A DNA stretch of 64,000 bases. It comes from an uncultured Bordetella sp. (GTDB taxonomy: Bacteria; Pseudomonadota; Gammaproteobacteria; Burkholderiales; SG8-41). The stretch lies in contig CAZHJU010000003.1 in NCBI GenBank assembly GCA_964533495.1, forward strand, positions 18,995 to 82,994, given 5' to 3'. Below are positions 48,882 through 58,826 of the stretch, in pieces. How positions within the stretch are numbered: position 1 is the first letter of the stretch; each line of letters starts with the position of its first letter. A program made the position numbers and the translations under genes. Below the pieces are notes generated by a model. It saw nothing but the letters and a program-made list of their open reading frames with translations. It had not been told where the DNA came from and ran no database searches.

Positions 48882-48924
48882 CTTGGGACATGACTGCCGC
48901 CATCCAGTCCGCCGTGGAACCCCC

Positions 48925-49839
48925 ATGCCCGCCGCCCCGGGACTGACCCCGCTGCAGCGCAGGGCCGCGCGGGAAATCATCGCGCTGGTACGGCGCGAGG
49001 ACCGGCCGGCCGGACACCACCTGTCGAAACTGGCACTGGCCCGTGTCGTCGGCACCTCGCACAACCCGGTCGAGGGCGCGCTGGCCCACCTCGCGCGGAT
49101 CGGCGTGGCCAGGCACGAAAAGGACCGCGGCTATTTCCTGGCGCGCGACGCGCGCCTGCTGGGATCCGACGCCCGAAAGCTGTCGCCCGCGGATGACGAC
49201 CCGCTGTACCGGCGCATCCTCGACCTGCGCCTGGGCCGGCGCCTGCCGGATACGCTGAGCGAAACCGCGCTGATCCGGAAACTGGGCGCCGCGCGCGCGC
49301 CGGTGCGCCGGGCGCTGGCGCGCATCCAGCAGGAAGGCTGGATCGAACGGCGCGCGGGCAACGGCTGGGCCTTCCTGCCGCTGATCGACTCCGTGGAGGC
49401 CTACGAGGACAACTACGAAATGCGCCGCATCGTCGAGCCGGCCGGCCTGCTGAGCCCGAAATTCGCGCCCGTGCCGGAGGAGTTCGAAACCCTGCGCCGG
49501 CAGCAGCACCGCATGGCGAACGGCGGGTACCGCACGATGACCGCGGTCGAATGGGTGGACATCAACGCCACGTTCCACGAAACCCTGGCCCGCTGGTCGG
49601 GCAACCGGCTGATGCACCAGACCATCCGCCACATCAACCGGCTGCGCAAACTGCTGGAACACCGGGTGGTGGCGGGCGATCCCGGATTGCGCGCGCGTCA
49701 GGCCGCCGAACACCTGGAAATACTCGACGCGATCAGCCACGGCGACCGCAAGAAAGCCGCCGCGCTGATGGAAAGGCACCTTGTCCGCGCGCGCCGCGAC
49801 AAGGCGCGCCCCGACCACTTCACCGCCGGACGGCGGTAA
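48925..49839 (+). CDS. GntR-family transcriptional regulator (FadR/FCD-type C-terminal domain)
   Basis: ATG 48925 in ORF 48838..49839. wHTH LSKLALARVVGTSHNPVEGALAHLARIGV and a helical C-terminal domain with His residues (FHETL, HLEILDAISHGD). Confidence 0.8.
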   Translation: MPAAPGLTPLQRRAAREIIALVRREDRPAGHHLSKLALARVVGTSHNPVEGALAHLARIGVARHEKDRGYFLARDARLLGSDARKLSPADDDPLYRRILDLRLGRRLPDTLSETALIRKLGAARAPVRRALARIQQEGWIERRAGNGWAFLPLIDSVEAYEDNYEMRRIVEPAGLLSPKFAPVPEEFETLRRQQHRMANGGYRTMTAVEWVDINATFHETLARWSGNRLMHQTIRHINRLRKLLEHRVVAGDPGLRARQAAEHLEILDAISHGDRKKAAALMERHLVRARRDKARPDHFTAGRR

Positions 49840-49948
49840 AGCACGGGCGGCAACATCGCCGAAGGACCGGACCTCGGCAAGGCGAAACACCGGTTTCCGA
49901 AACCGGCGTGCTAGCATCGAATTCCATTCCTCAGCCCGCCGCCGCCCC

Positions 49949-50659
49949 ATGCCAAACATGCTGCACCCCCATCGGAGCCGGCCCGGCTCCGACGAACGGA
50001 ACCGGCTCCTGCACCGGGACTTCATCTCCGATGTAGCCGCGACCCGTGCCCGTCACATGGCGCAGACCGCCGGACTGGCCGATGCGCTGCGCCTGAAGTA
50101 CCGCCAGCCGGTGTTCGGCGAAGTCGCCACCTGGTCGTTGTTCGAGATGATGGCGCGGGTGATCGACTCCGCCGACGACAGGCTCTATTGCACGAGCCAG
50201 GAAATCCACATCCTGCAGGTCATCGACGCGCTGGCCGCCGACGGCCTTTCCAGCGAAGAGTTCGTGCTCGCCGCCCTGGTCCACGATCTCGGCAAGGTCG
50301 TTCTGCTGCGCGACCATTCCGGCGAGAATCCGACCTTCCTGCCCGGATTCTTCAGCGGAACGCCCGGCGCGGGCCTCGATCACTGCGCATCCGGCTGGAG
50401 CACCGACGAACTGGCCTGGCTTCGCCTGAAGGACCACCTGCCGCCGCCGGTAGCCTGGCTGATCCGTTACCACGGCATCGATCCGGCCGGCAGCGCGCCG
50501 TATTTCGATGCCCGGGACCGCGATTACGCCAAACGCTACCTGATGCCGTTCCGAGACTGCGATTTCCACAGCAAATCGCCGTTCTCCCGCCCGAAAACCC
50601 GCCTCGAGGACTACCGCCCCCTGGTCGAAAAGCACCTGCCGCCGCGCATCGTGTTCTGA
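49949..50659 (+). CDS. myo-inositol oxygenase (MIOX)-like HD-domain di-iron oxygenase family protein
   Basis: ATG 49949 in ORF 49781..50659, 236 aa. Colinear with eukaryotic MIOX as I recall it: ALVHDLGKV (LLHDLGKV), LPPPVAWLIRYHGIDP (LPPEAFYMIRFHSFYP), FRDCDFHSKSP (FNKFDLYTKCP), C-terminal PLVEKHLPPRIVF. Confidence 0.65.
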   Translation: MPNMLHPHRSRPGSDERNRLLHRDFISDVAATRARHMAQTAGLADALRLKYRQPVFGEVATWSLFEMMARVIDSADDRLYCTSQEIHILQVIDALAADGLSSEEFVLAALVHDLGKVVLLRDHSGENPTFLPGFFSGTPGAGLDHCASGWSTDELAWLRLKDHLPPPVAWLIRYHGIDPAGSAPYFDARDRDYAKRYLMPFRDCDFHSKSPFSRPKTRLEDYRPLVEKHLPPRIVF

Positions 50660-50668
50660 GCGCGGTGC

Positions 50669-51466
50669 TCAGGTGCCGCGAAACACCGGCGGCCGTTTTT
50701 CGATGAAGGCGCGCAACGCCTCCTGCGTGTCGGCGGTGCCGCGCAGCTTGTTGTTCATCGTGTTCTGCAGTTCGAGCTGCTGCTCGACGTCCTGCTCCCA
50801 GGCGCGGCGCAGCGCGACCTTGGTCATCTGCACCGCGATCGGCGCCTTGCCGTTGAGCTTCTTCGCCAGAGCCAGCGCCTCGTCCATCAGCCTGTCGTGC
50901 GGCACGACCCGGGTGGCCAGCCCCCAGGCCTCCGCCTGCCGGGCGTCGAAAGGTTCGCCGAGCAGGCAGATCTCGGCGGCTTTCGCGTGCCCCACCAGCC
51001 GCGGCAGGAACCAGGTTGAGGTTTCACCCATCAGCCCGCGCTCGACGAAATTGACGCCGAAATTGGCGTTCTCGCTGAGAATGCGGAAATCCGCCGCGAA
51101 GGCCATGTTGCAGCCGGCGCCGCGGGTGACGCCGTTGACCGCCGCGATGACCGGCTTGTTGATCTGGCTGAAGCCGATCGCGTAGTAGTACTTCATGTCG
51201 AACAGCGGCTGCGGCGCGGTGCCGCCGGCGCCGGCCTTTTCCGCCTCCGCCCGCGCCTTGAGGTCGGCGCCGGAGCAGAAACCGCGGCCGTTGCCGGTGA
51301 CGACGATCGTCCAGACCTCCGGATCGGCCTCGGCCGCGCGCAGTACATGCTCGATGTCGCCGCGCATCGCGTTGTCGATGGCGTTGAGCCGTTCCGGGCG
51401 GTTGAGCCGCAGAATCCCGGCATGATCGACAATTTCCCACTGGATGGCCTGGTAGTCCTTGTACAT
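50669..51466 (-). CDS. enoyl-CoA hydratase/isomerase (crotonase) family protein
   Basis: ATG 51466 (MYKDYQ) in ORF 50669..51538. [22 protein letters not shown], and an oxyanion-hole region. Confidence 0.88.
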   Translation of the reverse strand: MYKDYQAIQWEIVDHAGILRLNRPERLNAIDNAMRGDIEHVLRAAEADPEVWTIVVTGNGRGFCSGADLKARAEAEKAGAGGTAPQPLFDMKYYYAIGFSQINKPVIAAVNGVTRGAGCNMAFAADFRILSENANFGVNFVERGLMGETSTWFLPRLVGHAKAAEICLLGEPFDARQAEAWGLATRVVPHDRLMDEALALAKKLNGKAPIAVQMTKVALRRAWEQDVEQQLELQNTMNNKLRGTADTQEALRAFIEKRPPVFRGT

Positions 51467-51665
51467 CCCCGCTTCTCCCGCTAGACTGGAATCGCCGCAA
51501 CATACCGGCGCGGCAATGTCCTTGCAAGCCGGGTCCACGATCAGGACGGCAATGCACCTGCGTCTTGATCGACATCAAATCCGGACGCCTGACAAGTCTT
51601 TCCCCGGCCTGCCACCGGGCGCATACTTCGGTCAACCACGCAACACCGGAAGAGGAAGACACGCA

Positions 51666-54600
51666 ATGAACGAAGCCGCCGCCGATGCCGCGCAACTCGC
51701 GCTCCCCGAGCAGGAAATCAGCCGCGACACCCTGATCGAAAAATACGCCAAGGGCAAGGAAACCACGATCACCGAAGTGCGCCGCCGCGTCGCGCGCGCG
51801 CTCGCCCAGGTCGAGGCCGAGGACCAGCGCGCCGCTTGGGAAAAACGCTTTCTGCAGGCGCAGGAAGACGGCTTCATTCCCGCCGGCCGCATCAATTCCG
51901 CCGCCGGCGTCCAGCTCGCGGCGACGCTGATCAACTGCTTCGTGCAGCCGGTCGGCGATTCGATTTCGGAAACCGTCGACGGCAGGCCCGGCATCTACAT
52001 CGCGCTGCAGGAAGCCGCTGAGACCATGCGCCGCGGCGGCGGCGTCGGCTACGACTTCTCGTCGATCCGGCCCAAGGGCGCCGAGGTCAAGGGCACGCAA
52101 TCCAACGCCAGCGGCCCGGTGTCGTACATGCGGGTATTCGACCGCTCCTGCGAAACCGTGGAATCCGCCGGCTCGCGCCGCGGCGCCCAGATGGCGGTGC
52201 TGCGCTGCGACCACCCCGACGTGGAGGACTTCATCCACGCCAAGGACAAGGGCGATCTCACCAACTTCAACATCTCGGTCGGCGTCACCGATCCCTTCAT
52301 GGAGGCGGTCGAGCAGGACAAGGAGGTGGAACTGGTCCATCGCTCGAAACCCAACGCGAAACAGATGGCCAGGGGCTCCTACCAGCGCGACGACGGCCTC
52401 TGGGTCTACCGCAAGGTACCGGCGCGCGATCTGTGGGAACAGATCATGCGCTCGACCTACGACCACGCCGAGCCGGGCGTGCTGTTCATCGACCGCATGA
52501 ACCGGGACAACAACCTCAACTACTGCGAGACCATCGAGGCCACCAATCCCTGCGTGACAGCGGACACCTGGATCATGACCAGCGAAGGCGCGCGGCAAGT
52601 CCATCAACTCGTTGGCATTCCATTCAATGCCATGATCGATGGCAAATCCTATTCCACCGAATCGGCCGGATTTTTTGCTACCGGCACCAAATCCGTATTC
52701 AAACTGCGCACCCGGGAAGGCCATGCGCTGCGGCTGACGGCGGATCACCCTGTTCTTTCGGTTCCGAAACTGACCCGCTATCACCGTGAAACAGAGTGGC
52801 GCAAAGCAGGAGAATTGCGGCCCGGCGATCAAATTGTGCTGAACGACCATCACGAAATCAGCGAATGGGCGGGGCCGCACTCCAAAGAAGAGGGATACCT
52901 GATCGGTTTGCTGCTGGGTGATGGCACGCTCAAGACCGATAAGGCAATACTCGGCGCCTGGGATCCACTGGCGATAAAAACCGCAAACGGGGAAACTCTG
53001 CAATCCCGGGGCGTACGCGCGATGATGCAGGCAGCACATGAAGCCGCTCTGACACTGCAACATCGTGCGGACTTCAGGGGATGGATGGCCGTGCCCAGTC
53101 AGCCGGGACATTACCGGCTTGCGCTTGGTGCGCTGAAATCGCTGGCACACGATCTGGGCATGACCCCGGACCACAAATCGCTGACACCGGAAATCGAACG
53201 CGATTCTTCGGATTTCTATCGCGGATTCCTGCGCGGCCTGTTTGATGCGGACGGTTCGGTGCAGGGCACGCAGGCCAAGGGTGTATCCGTGCGGCTCACC
53301 CAGGTCAGCTTGGAGGTGCTTGAGGGAGCACAACGCATGCTGGCGCGACTGGGCATCAACTCGACTATTTACCGCAATCGCCGGACTGGCGGCCCGCGCG
53401 CACTGCCCGACGGCAAGGGTGGCCACAGGGATTATCAGACCCAGCCGCTGCATGAACTGATCATCAGCGGCACCAATCTGGCGGCCTTTGCCGAACGCGT
53501 CGGCTTTTCGGATGCGGACAAGGCAGATCGTCTGAAGCGGTCTCTCAACACTTACCGGCGCGCCCTCAACCGGGACCGCTTTATCGCTACCGTCGAAAGC
53601 CTGGAAGAAGACGGCATTGAGGCCGTTTACGACGTCACCGTGTCCGAAGTGCATGCTTTCGACGCCAATGGCCTGTATGTCCACAACTGTGCCGAACAGC
53701 CGCTGCCTCCGTACGGCTGCTGCTGCCTCGGCTCCATCGACCTGACGAAATTCGTCAAGCGGCCCTTCGCCGAGAACGCCACCTTCGATTACGAACACTT
53801 CGGCCGGGTCGTCGCCGTCGCGATCCGCATGCTCGACAACGTGCTCGACGTCACCGCCTGGCCGCTGGAACAGCAGCATGAAGAGGCCATGAACAAGCGT
53901 CGCGTCGGCCTCGGCTTCACCGGACTCGGCGACGCGCTGGTCATGCTGCGCCTGCGCTACGACACGGCGGAAGCGCGGCAGATGGCGGCGAAGATCTCGG
54001 AAGCGATGCGCGATCACGCCTACCGCGCTTCCGCCGAGCTCGCCCGCGAAAAAGGCGCCTTCCCGCTGTTCAACGTCGACCTCTACCTGTCGGGCAGCAG
54101 CTTCGCCGCGCGCCTGCCCGAGGACGTCAAGCAGGTCATCCGCAAAAACGGCATCCGCAACAGCCACCTGCTGTCGATCGCGCCCACCGGCACGATCAGC
54201 CTGTCCTTCGCCGACAACGCCTCGAACGGCATCGAGCCGCCGTTCTCGTGGACCTACACCCGCAAGAAACGCATGCCCGACAACACGATGCGCGAGTTCG
54301 CGGTCGAGGACCATGCCTGGCGGCGCTGGAAGGCGATGGGCGGCAACACCGCACAACTGCCGCCGTGGTTCGTCACCGCGCTGGAAATCTCCGCCACCGC
54401 GCACGAAGAGATGGTCGCCGCGGTCGCGCCCTACGTGGACACCAGCATTTCGAAGACCGTCAACGTGCCCGAGGACTATCCCTACGGTGAATTCCAGGAC
54501 CTCTATTTCCGCGCATGGAAATCCGGCCTGAAGGGACTCGCCACCTACCGCCCCAACAACGTGCTCGGTTCGGTGCTGTCGGTGGAGCCGAGCAGCAAGG

Positions 54601-55685
54601 AGAAAGCGCCGCAGGACTTCCGCGCCGACGACGTCAACCGCCGCATCCAGATCCAGTCGCTGCCGGCGCCGGTGCTGGCCAGCCTGCGCTGGCCGGGCCG
54701 TCCGGCAATGAGCGCCGGCAACCCGGCGTGGACCTACATGATCGAGCACCCGCACGGCGCCTTCGCCGTGTTCGTCGGCCACGTCGAGAACGAGCACAAC
54801 CACGCCTTCGAAGTCTGGGTCAACGGCAGCGAGCAGCCGCGCGGCCTCGGCGCCGTCGCCAAGACGCTGTCGATGGACATGCGCGCCGACGATCCGGGCT
54901 GGCTCAAGCTCAAGCTCGACACACTGGCCAGGGCCGGCGGCGACGAGCCCTTCGACATGGCGTTCCCGCCGCGCGGCGAAGTGAAGCGCATGCCCTCGGT
55001 GGTGGCCGCCTTCGCCCAGGTGCTGCGCTGGCGCGTCGACCAGCTGGGCGGGCTCACCGCCTCAGGCGCGCCGCTGTTCGGCCAGTCGTTGACCCCCGTG
55101 CTCGACGCGATGTTCGCGCCCAAGGAGCCGAAGACCGGCACCGACGGCACGATGTCCTGGACCGTCGACGTGCTTAACCCGCGCACCGGCGACGACTTCG
55201 TGCTCGGCATCAAGGAAATCACCCTGCCGGGTGATGGAACAAATGCGGGGGTGACGCGGCCGTACTCGATGTGGCTCTCCGGCGAATACCCGCGCGCGCT
55301 CGACGGCCTGTGCAAGATCCTCTCGCTCGACATGCGCGTGATGGACCCGGCCTGGATCGGGATGAAGTTAAAGAAATTGCTCGAGTTCCCGGAACCGCTG
55401 GGCGACTTCATGGCCTTCGTGCCGGGAGAACGCAAGCAGGCGACCTATCCCTCGACGGTGGCCTATGTCGCGCGCCTGATCCTGCACCGCTACGCGATGC
55501 TCGGCATTCTCGACGAGAACGGCGCGCCGCTGACACAGATGGGCATCCTCGCCACGCCCGAACGCGGCACCGAGCCCAAGGTCATGAAGGGCACGCGCTG
55601 CCCCGAATGCGGCAACGCCACGCTGATCCGCAAGGATGGCTGCGACTGGTGCTCGGCCTGCGGCTACACGGGAACCTGCGGCTAG
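51666..55685 (+). CDS. nrdJ: adenosylcobalamin-dependent (class II) ribonucleotide reductase, intein-containing precursor
   Basis: ATG 51666 in ORF 51459..55685. [32 protein letters not shown]|C...[31 protein letters not shown]. Cys-rich C-terminal tail [28 protein letters not shown]. Total 1339 codons, of which 379 are intein. Confidence 0.92.
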   Translation: MNEAAADAAQLALPEQEISRDTLIEKYAKGKETTITEVRRRVARALAQVEAEDQRAAWEKRFLQAQEDGFIPAGRINSAAGVQLAATLINCFVQPVGDSISETVDGRPGIYIALQEAAETMRRGGGVGYDFSSIRPKGAEVKGTQSNASGPVSYMRVFDRSCETVESAGSRRGAQMAVLRCDHPDVEDFIHAKDKGDLTNFNISVGVTDPFMEAVEQDKEVELVHRSKPNAKQMARGSYQRDDGLWVYRKVPARDLWEQIMRSTYDHAEPGVLFIDRMNRDNNLNYCETIEATNPCVTADTWIMTSEGARQVHQLVGIPFNAMIDGKSYSTESAGFFATGTKSVFKLRTREGHALRLTADHPVLSVPKLTRYHRETEWRKAGELRPGDQIVLNDHHEISEWAGPHSKEEGYLIGLLLGDGTLKTDKAILGAWDPLAIKTANGETLQSRGVRAMMQAAHEAALTLQHRADFRGWMAVPSQPGHYRLALGALKSLAHDLGMTPDHKSLTPEIERDSSDFYRGFLRGLFDADGSVQGTQAKGVSVRLTQVSLEVLEGAQRMLARLGINSTIYRNRRTGGPRALPDGKGGHRDYQTQPLHELIISGTNLAAFAERVGFSDADKADRLKRSLNTYRRALNRDRFIATVESLEEDGIEAVYDVTVSEVHAFDANGLYVHNCAEQPLPPYGCCCLGSIDLTKFVKRPFAENATFDYEHFGRVVAVAIRMLDNVLDVTAWPLEQQHEEAMNKRRVGLGFTGLGDALVMLRLRYDTAEARQMAAKISEAMRDHAYRASAELAREKGAFPLFNVDLYLSGSSFAARLPEDVKQVIRKNGIRNSHLLSIAPTGTISLSFADNASNGIEPPFSWTYTRKKRMPDNTMREFAVEDHAWRRWKAMGGNTAQLPPWFVTALEISATAHEEMVAAVAPYVDTSISKTVNVPEDYPYGEFQDLYFRAWKSGLKGLATYRPNNVLGSVLSVEPSSKEKAPQDFRADDVNRRIQIQSLPAPVLASLRWPGRPAMSAGNPAWTYMIEHPHGAFAVFVGHVENEHNHAFEVWVNGSEQPRGLGAVAKTLSMDMRADDPGWLKLKLDTLARAGGDEPFDMAFPPRGEVKRMPSVVAAFAQVLRWRVDQLGGLTASGAPLFGQSLTPVLDAMFAPKEPKTGTDGTMSWTVDVLNPRTGDDFVLGIKEITLPGDGTNAGVTRPYSMWLSGEYPRALDGLCKILSLDMRVMDPAWIGMKLKKLLEFPEPLGDFMAFVPGERKQATYPSTVAYVARLILHRYAMLGILDENGAPLTQMGILATPERGTEPKVMKGTRCPECGNATLIRKDGCDWCSACGYTGTCG
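52551..53687 (+). mobile_element. intein with LAGLIDADG homing-endonuclease domain inside nrdJ
   Basis: Begins with Cys (CVTADTWIM) right after EATNP. Block B TxxH (LTADHPV). LAGLIDADG motifs [13 protein letters not shown] (~52892..52930) and [12 protein letters not shown] (53226..53261). Ends GLYVHN, followed by the +1 Cys of CAEQPL. In frame, 379 codons. Confidence 0.9.
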
Positions 55686-55703
55686 GCACTCGCGCACCGC
55701 ACA

Positions 55704-55733
55704 AAAACGGCCGGGTTACCCCGGCCGTTTGTC
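55704..55733 (+). terminator. rho-independent terminator after nrdJ
   Basis: 11-bp stem AAACGGCCGGG/CCCGGCCGTTT with loop TTAC. The U-tract is partly inside the stem. A second hairpin GTCATTGC-N10-GCAATGAC follows at 55731..55756. Confidence 0.6.
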
Positions 55734-55850
55734 ATTGCAACGCACAGCGCAATGACAAACCCGGCTTCACGGCCGGACATCCAGCCATCCCGCGCGCATT
55801 GCACCCGGCGCAGGCGGGCCGTAACATCCACGGCCTACCCGGAGGAATAC

Positions 55851-56579
55851 ATGACCAAGACCACCCTCGGCAAACTGCCGCGCGAAGCCATCCGCATGCT
55901 CGAAATCCCGCGCGTCGCGCCGGAAATCCTCGACGGATTCCGCAAACTCGTCGACCTCACCGGCACGCTGTCCGACGCCTGCGACGAACTCGGCCTCGTC
56001 GCGGTGATTCCCGCCTACGTGCTGCCGCCGGTGACGCCGGGCCGGCGCATCGTCGGCCCGGCGCTGACCGTGCGCAACGTCGCCCACGCCACGCAGATCC
56101 ACAAGGCCGCCACCGACAAGACCAGCGGCCAAGGTGAGACCGAGGCGCACAATCTCGCCGAACCCGGCGACGTGCTGGTGATCGAGGGCGTCATGGGCTG
56201 CTCCAACATGGGCGGCCAGTCGGCCACCATCGCCAAGCGCCAGGGCTTCATCGGCGCCATCGTCGACGCCACCGTGCGCGATCCCGATCAGTACCGCGGC
56301 ATGGACTGGCCGGTGTGGTGCAAGGGCTTCACGCCGATCACCGGCAAGTGGCGCATGCAGACCGTCGAGGTGAACGGCACCGTGCAGATCTGCGGCATCC
56401 AGGTGAAGCCCGGCGACATCGTCTGCGCCGACGAGGCCGGCGTCGCCTTCATCCCGCGCGACAAGGCCGCGCAGGTGCTGGAAGTCGCGCGGAAAATCGA
56501 CGCCGGCGACACAAAGCGCAAGGCCGACATCGATGCCGGCAGCAGCATCGCCGATCTGATTACAAAAAAATATAAATAA
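55851..56579 (+). CDS. RraA-family protein (4-hydroxy-4-methyl-2-oxoglutarate aldolase/oxaloacetate decarboxylase-like)
   Basis: ATG 55851 (GGAGGA SD) in ORF 55752..56579, 242 aa. GQSATIAKRQGFIGAIVDATVRD and GDIVCADEAGVAFIP motifs of the RraA/HMG-aldolase fold. Confidence 0.78.
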   Translation: MTKTTLGKLPREAIRMLEIPRVAPEILDGFRKLVDLTGTLSDACDELGLVAVIPAYVLPPVTPGRRIVGPALTVRNVAHATQIHKAATDKTSGQGETEAHNLAEPGDVLVIEGVMGCSNMGGQSATIAKRQGFIGAIVDATVRDPDQYRGMDWPVWCKGFTPITGKWRMQTVEVNGTVQICGIQVKPGDIVCADEAGVAFIPRDKAAQVLEVARKIDAGDTKRKADIDAGSSIADLITKKYK

Positions 56580-56627
56580 ATCAATAACTTACAAATAAGG
56601 CACTATCGGCCCAGGCGCGTCCAGCGC

Positions 56628-57011
56628 CTACAGAACCGTCCGCGCAAGATGCATCCCGGCAAACAGCGCAGCGATGGACAGGACCACGGACGCCGCGATG
56701 TAGGCCGCCGCAGACCACAGATCGCCGCGCTGCATGAGCACCTGGGAGTCCAGCGAAAACGTCGAGAACGTCGTGTAGCCCCCGCAGATGCCGACCGTCA
56801 GGAACAACTGCATCGCCTGCGACGGATTCCACCGGATGGCGAATACGGCGACGATGATGCCCAGCAGGCATGAGCCGGTGATGTTGATCAGCAGGGTGCC
56901 CCACGGAAAGCCGAAGCCCAGCAGCTTGGTCGAGCCGACGCCGACCAGGTAACGCGCCACGGAGCCGATCGCACCGCCGCAGGCCACGGCGATTACGTTG
57001 CTCGCGTTCAT
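56628..57011 (-). CDS. crcB: fluoride ion channel CrcB/FluC
   Basis: 127 aa, four TM segments. GGAIGSVARY, FPWGTLLINITGS, GGYTTFSTFS motifs. GGGAGGA SD. Confidence 0.9.
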   Translation of the reverse strand: MNASNVIAVACGGAIGSVARYLVGVGSTKLLGFGFPWGTLLINITGSCLLGIIVAVFAIRWNPSQAMQLFLTVGICGGYTTFSTFSLDSQVLMQRGDLWSAAAYIAASVVLSIAALFAGMHLARTVL

Positions 57012-57164
57012 TCATCCTCCCGTCGTTTCATGCCGTTCCCGCCTCCCGGTTGCTCCTGCGGCGGCGGCTCCATATTCAGGACTTCGGATGCCACCGCCCT
57101 CACGATCGTAGCACTCCGCCCCGCCGGGCATTATTGAAGCACTTTTCCGAGATTCTGGCCGGCC

Positions 57165-57195
57165 GGGTTTGCGAAACGGGTTTGCGAAATACAAT
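57165..57195 (+). promoter_or_regulatory. tandem 13-nt direct repeat abutting a -10-like TACAAT upstream of the first sulfatase gene
   Basis: GGGTTTGCGAAAC (57165..57177) and GGGTTTGCGAAAT (57178..57190) are head to tail. TACAAT at 57190..57195 lies about 38 nt before ATG 57233. Confidence 0.4.
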
Positions 57196-57232
57196 ATCGT
57201 CCATAATCCCGCCACACACCGCCGGAGCGCGC

Positions 57233-58690
57233 ATGACCCAGCCAGCCAACCTGATCTTCATCATGTCCGACGAGCACAACAAGCGCGTGCTCGGCTGCGC
57301 CGGCCATCCGATGATCAAGACCCCCAACCTCGACGCGCTGGCCGCCCACGGCACGCGCTTCACCTCGGCCTACACCAACTGCCCGATCTGCGTGCCGGCG
57401 CGCGCCGCCTTCGCCACCGGGCGCTACGTGCACGACATCCGTTACTGGGACAACGCCATCGCCTACGATGGCAGGATCCCGACCTGGGGCCACCGGCTGA
57501 TGGAACAGGGCCATCACGTGACTTCCATCGGCAAGCTGCATTACCTGGATTCGGATGCGAAGCGCAACGGCTTCAACGAGGAAATCCTGCCGCTGCACAT
57601 CGTCAACGGCGTCGGCGACCTGCTGGGCCTGATCCGCGAGGAGTTGCCGCGGCGCCCCGGCTCGGCCAATCTCGGCCCGGAAGCCGGCCGCGGCGAATCC
57701 GAATACACGAAATATGACCGCAGCATCGCCGACGAAACGGTGAAGTGGCTCAGGCAGAAAGCGCCGGCGCTGAAGGCGAAGCCCTGGGTGCTCTACGTCG
57801 GCTTCGTGTCGCCGCATTTCCCGCTGATCGCGCCGCCGCAGTTCTACGACCTGTATCCAGAAGACGCGGTGCCCTGGCCCGACATGTACGAGAAGGACCA
57901 GCGGCCGCAGCACCCCTTCACCGACGCGATGCGCAAATGCCTGTGTTACGACGACGCTTTCGACGCGCCGATGGTGCGCCGCGCGATCGCCGCCTATTTC
58001 GGACTGACCTCCTTCCTCGACGACAACATCGGCAAAATCCTGCGCGCGCTGGAGGAAACCGGGCTGATGGACAACACCCGCGTGGCCTATTCCTCCGACC
58101 ACGGCGACAACCTCGGCACCCGCGGCATGTGGGGCAAGTCGACGATGTACGAGGAATCCGCGGGGATTCCGATGATCCTCGCCGGCCCTGGCGTGCCGCA
58201 GGGCAGCGTCTGCGACACGCCGGTCACGCTGGCCGACGGTTTCCCGACCTTCATCCATGCGCTGGGCGCCAGGGCGCATCCGGATGACGGAAAACTGCCC
58301 GGGAATTCGCTGATCGACATCGCCCAGGGCTTGGTGCCGCCGCGCACGGTGCTCTCCGAATACCACGCCGCCGGCGCGGTCTGCGGCGCCTACATGATCC
58401 GCCACAAACAGTGGAAATACATCCACTACGCGACGCTGCCGCCGATGCTGTTCGACCTGCAGAACGATCCGCAGGAACGCAGGGACCTCGGCCGCGATCC
58501 CGCCTTCAGGCCCGTCGTCGCCGAATGCGAGCAGGCGCTGCGCAAGGTGGTCGACCCGGAGGCGGCGGACAAGCTGGCGAAGGCCGACCAGAAGGCGATA
58601 ATCGACAAATTCGGCGGCGAGGACGCCATCCTCAAGCGCGGCACCTTCCGTTATTCGCCGCCGCCAGGAGTAAAGGCTTCGTACTATTGA
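57233..58690 (+). CDS. cytoplasmic Cys-type sulfatase-family hydrolase (alkaline-phosphatase superfamily)
   Basis: ATG 57233 in ORF 57050..58690, 485 aa. NLIFIMSDEHN, a formylglycine-type CxPxR within CPICVPARAAFATGRY, SSDHGDNLG. No signal peptide. Confidence 0.85.
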   Translation: MTQPANLIFIMSDEHNKRVLGCAGHPMIKTPNLDALAAHGTRFTSAYTNCPICVPARAAFATGRYVHDIRYWDNAIAYDGRIPTWGHRLMEQGHHVTSIGKLHYLDSDAKRNGFNEEILPLHIVNGVGDLLGLIREELPRRPGSANLGPEAGRGESEYTKYDRSIADETVKWLRQKAPALKAKPWVLYVGFVSPHFPLIAPPQFYDLYPEDAVPWPDMYEKDQRPQHPFTDAMRKCLCYDDAFDAPMVRRAIAAYFGLTSFLDDNIGKILRALEETGLMDNTRVAYSSDHGDNLGTRGMWGKSTMYEESAGIPMILAGPGVPQGSVCDTPVTLADGFPTFIHALGARAHPDDGKLPGNSLIDIAQGLVPPRTVLSEYHAAGAVCGAYMIRHKQWKYIHYATLPPMLFDLQNDPQERRDLGRDPAFRPVVAECEQALRKVVDPEAADKLAKADQKAIIDKFGGEDAILKRGTFRYSPPPGVKASYY

Positions 58691-58826
58691 GCGTATGTAA
58701 CGATAATGAAGGGCGGCAACCAGGTATCACTGTCATTTTGTTGGGTGCTGTTGGATTTTATCGGCGTTCATCGGAGGTTAAATCGGTTTTGTAGTAAAAA
58801 GATCACAAAAAAACTGGGAGGAGATC

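Noticed and set aside
51467-51665. NrdR box pair or cobalamin riboswitch in the 200-nt nrdJ leader.
   Set aside because: There are no tandem 16-bp acaCwAtATaTwGtgt-like palindromes and no B12-box-like element. Only a short TTGAT-CGAC-ATCAA inverted repeat (51565..51578) is present, which does not match either motif.
57012-57232. Possible fluoride riboswitch (crcB motif) in the leader of crcB on the minus strand.
   Set aside because: I reverse-complemented the leader and looked for the conserved GGnGAUGG..UUCnCC / AACCGC / CUGAUGA..CCUAC elements. I found only loose resemblances (GGGCGGUGGCAUCC, AACCGGG). This is not convincing by eye. An Infernal search with RF01734 would settle it.
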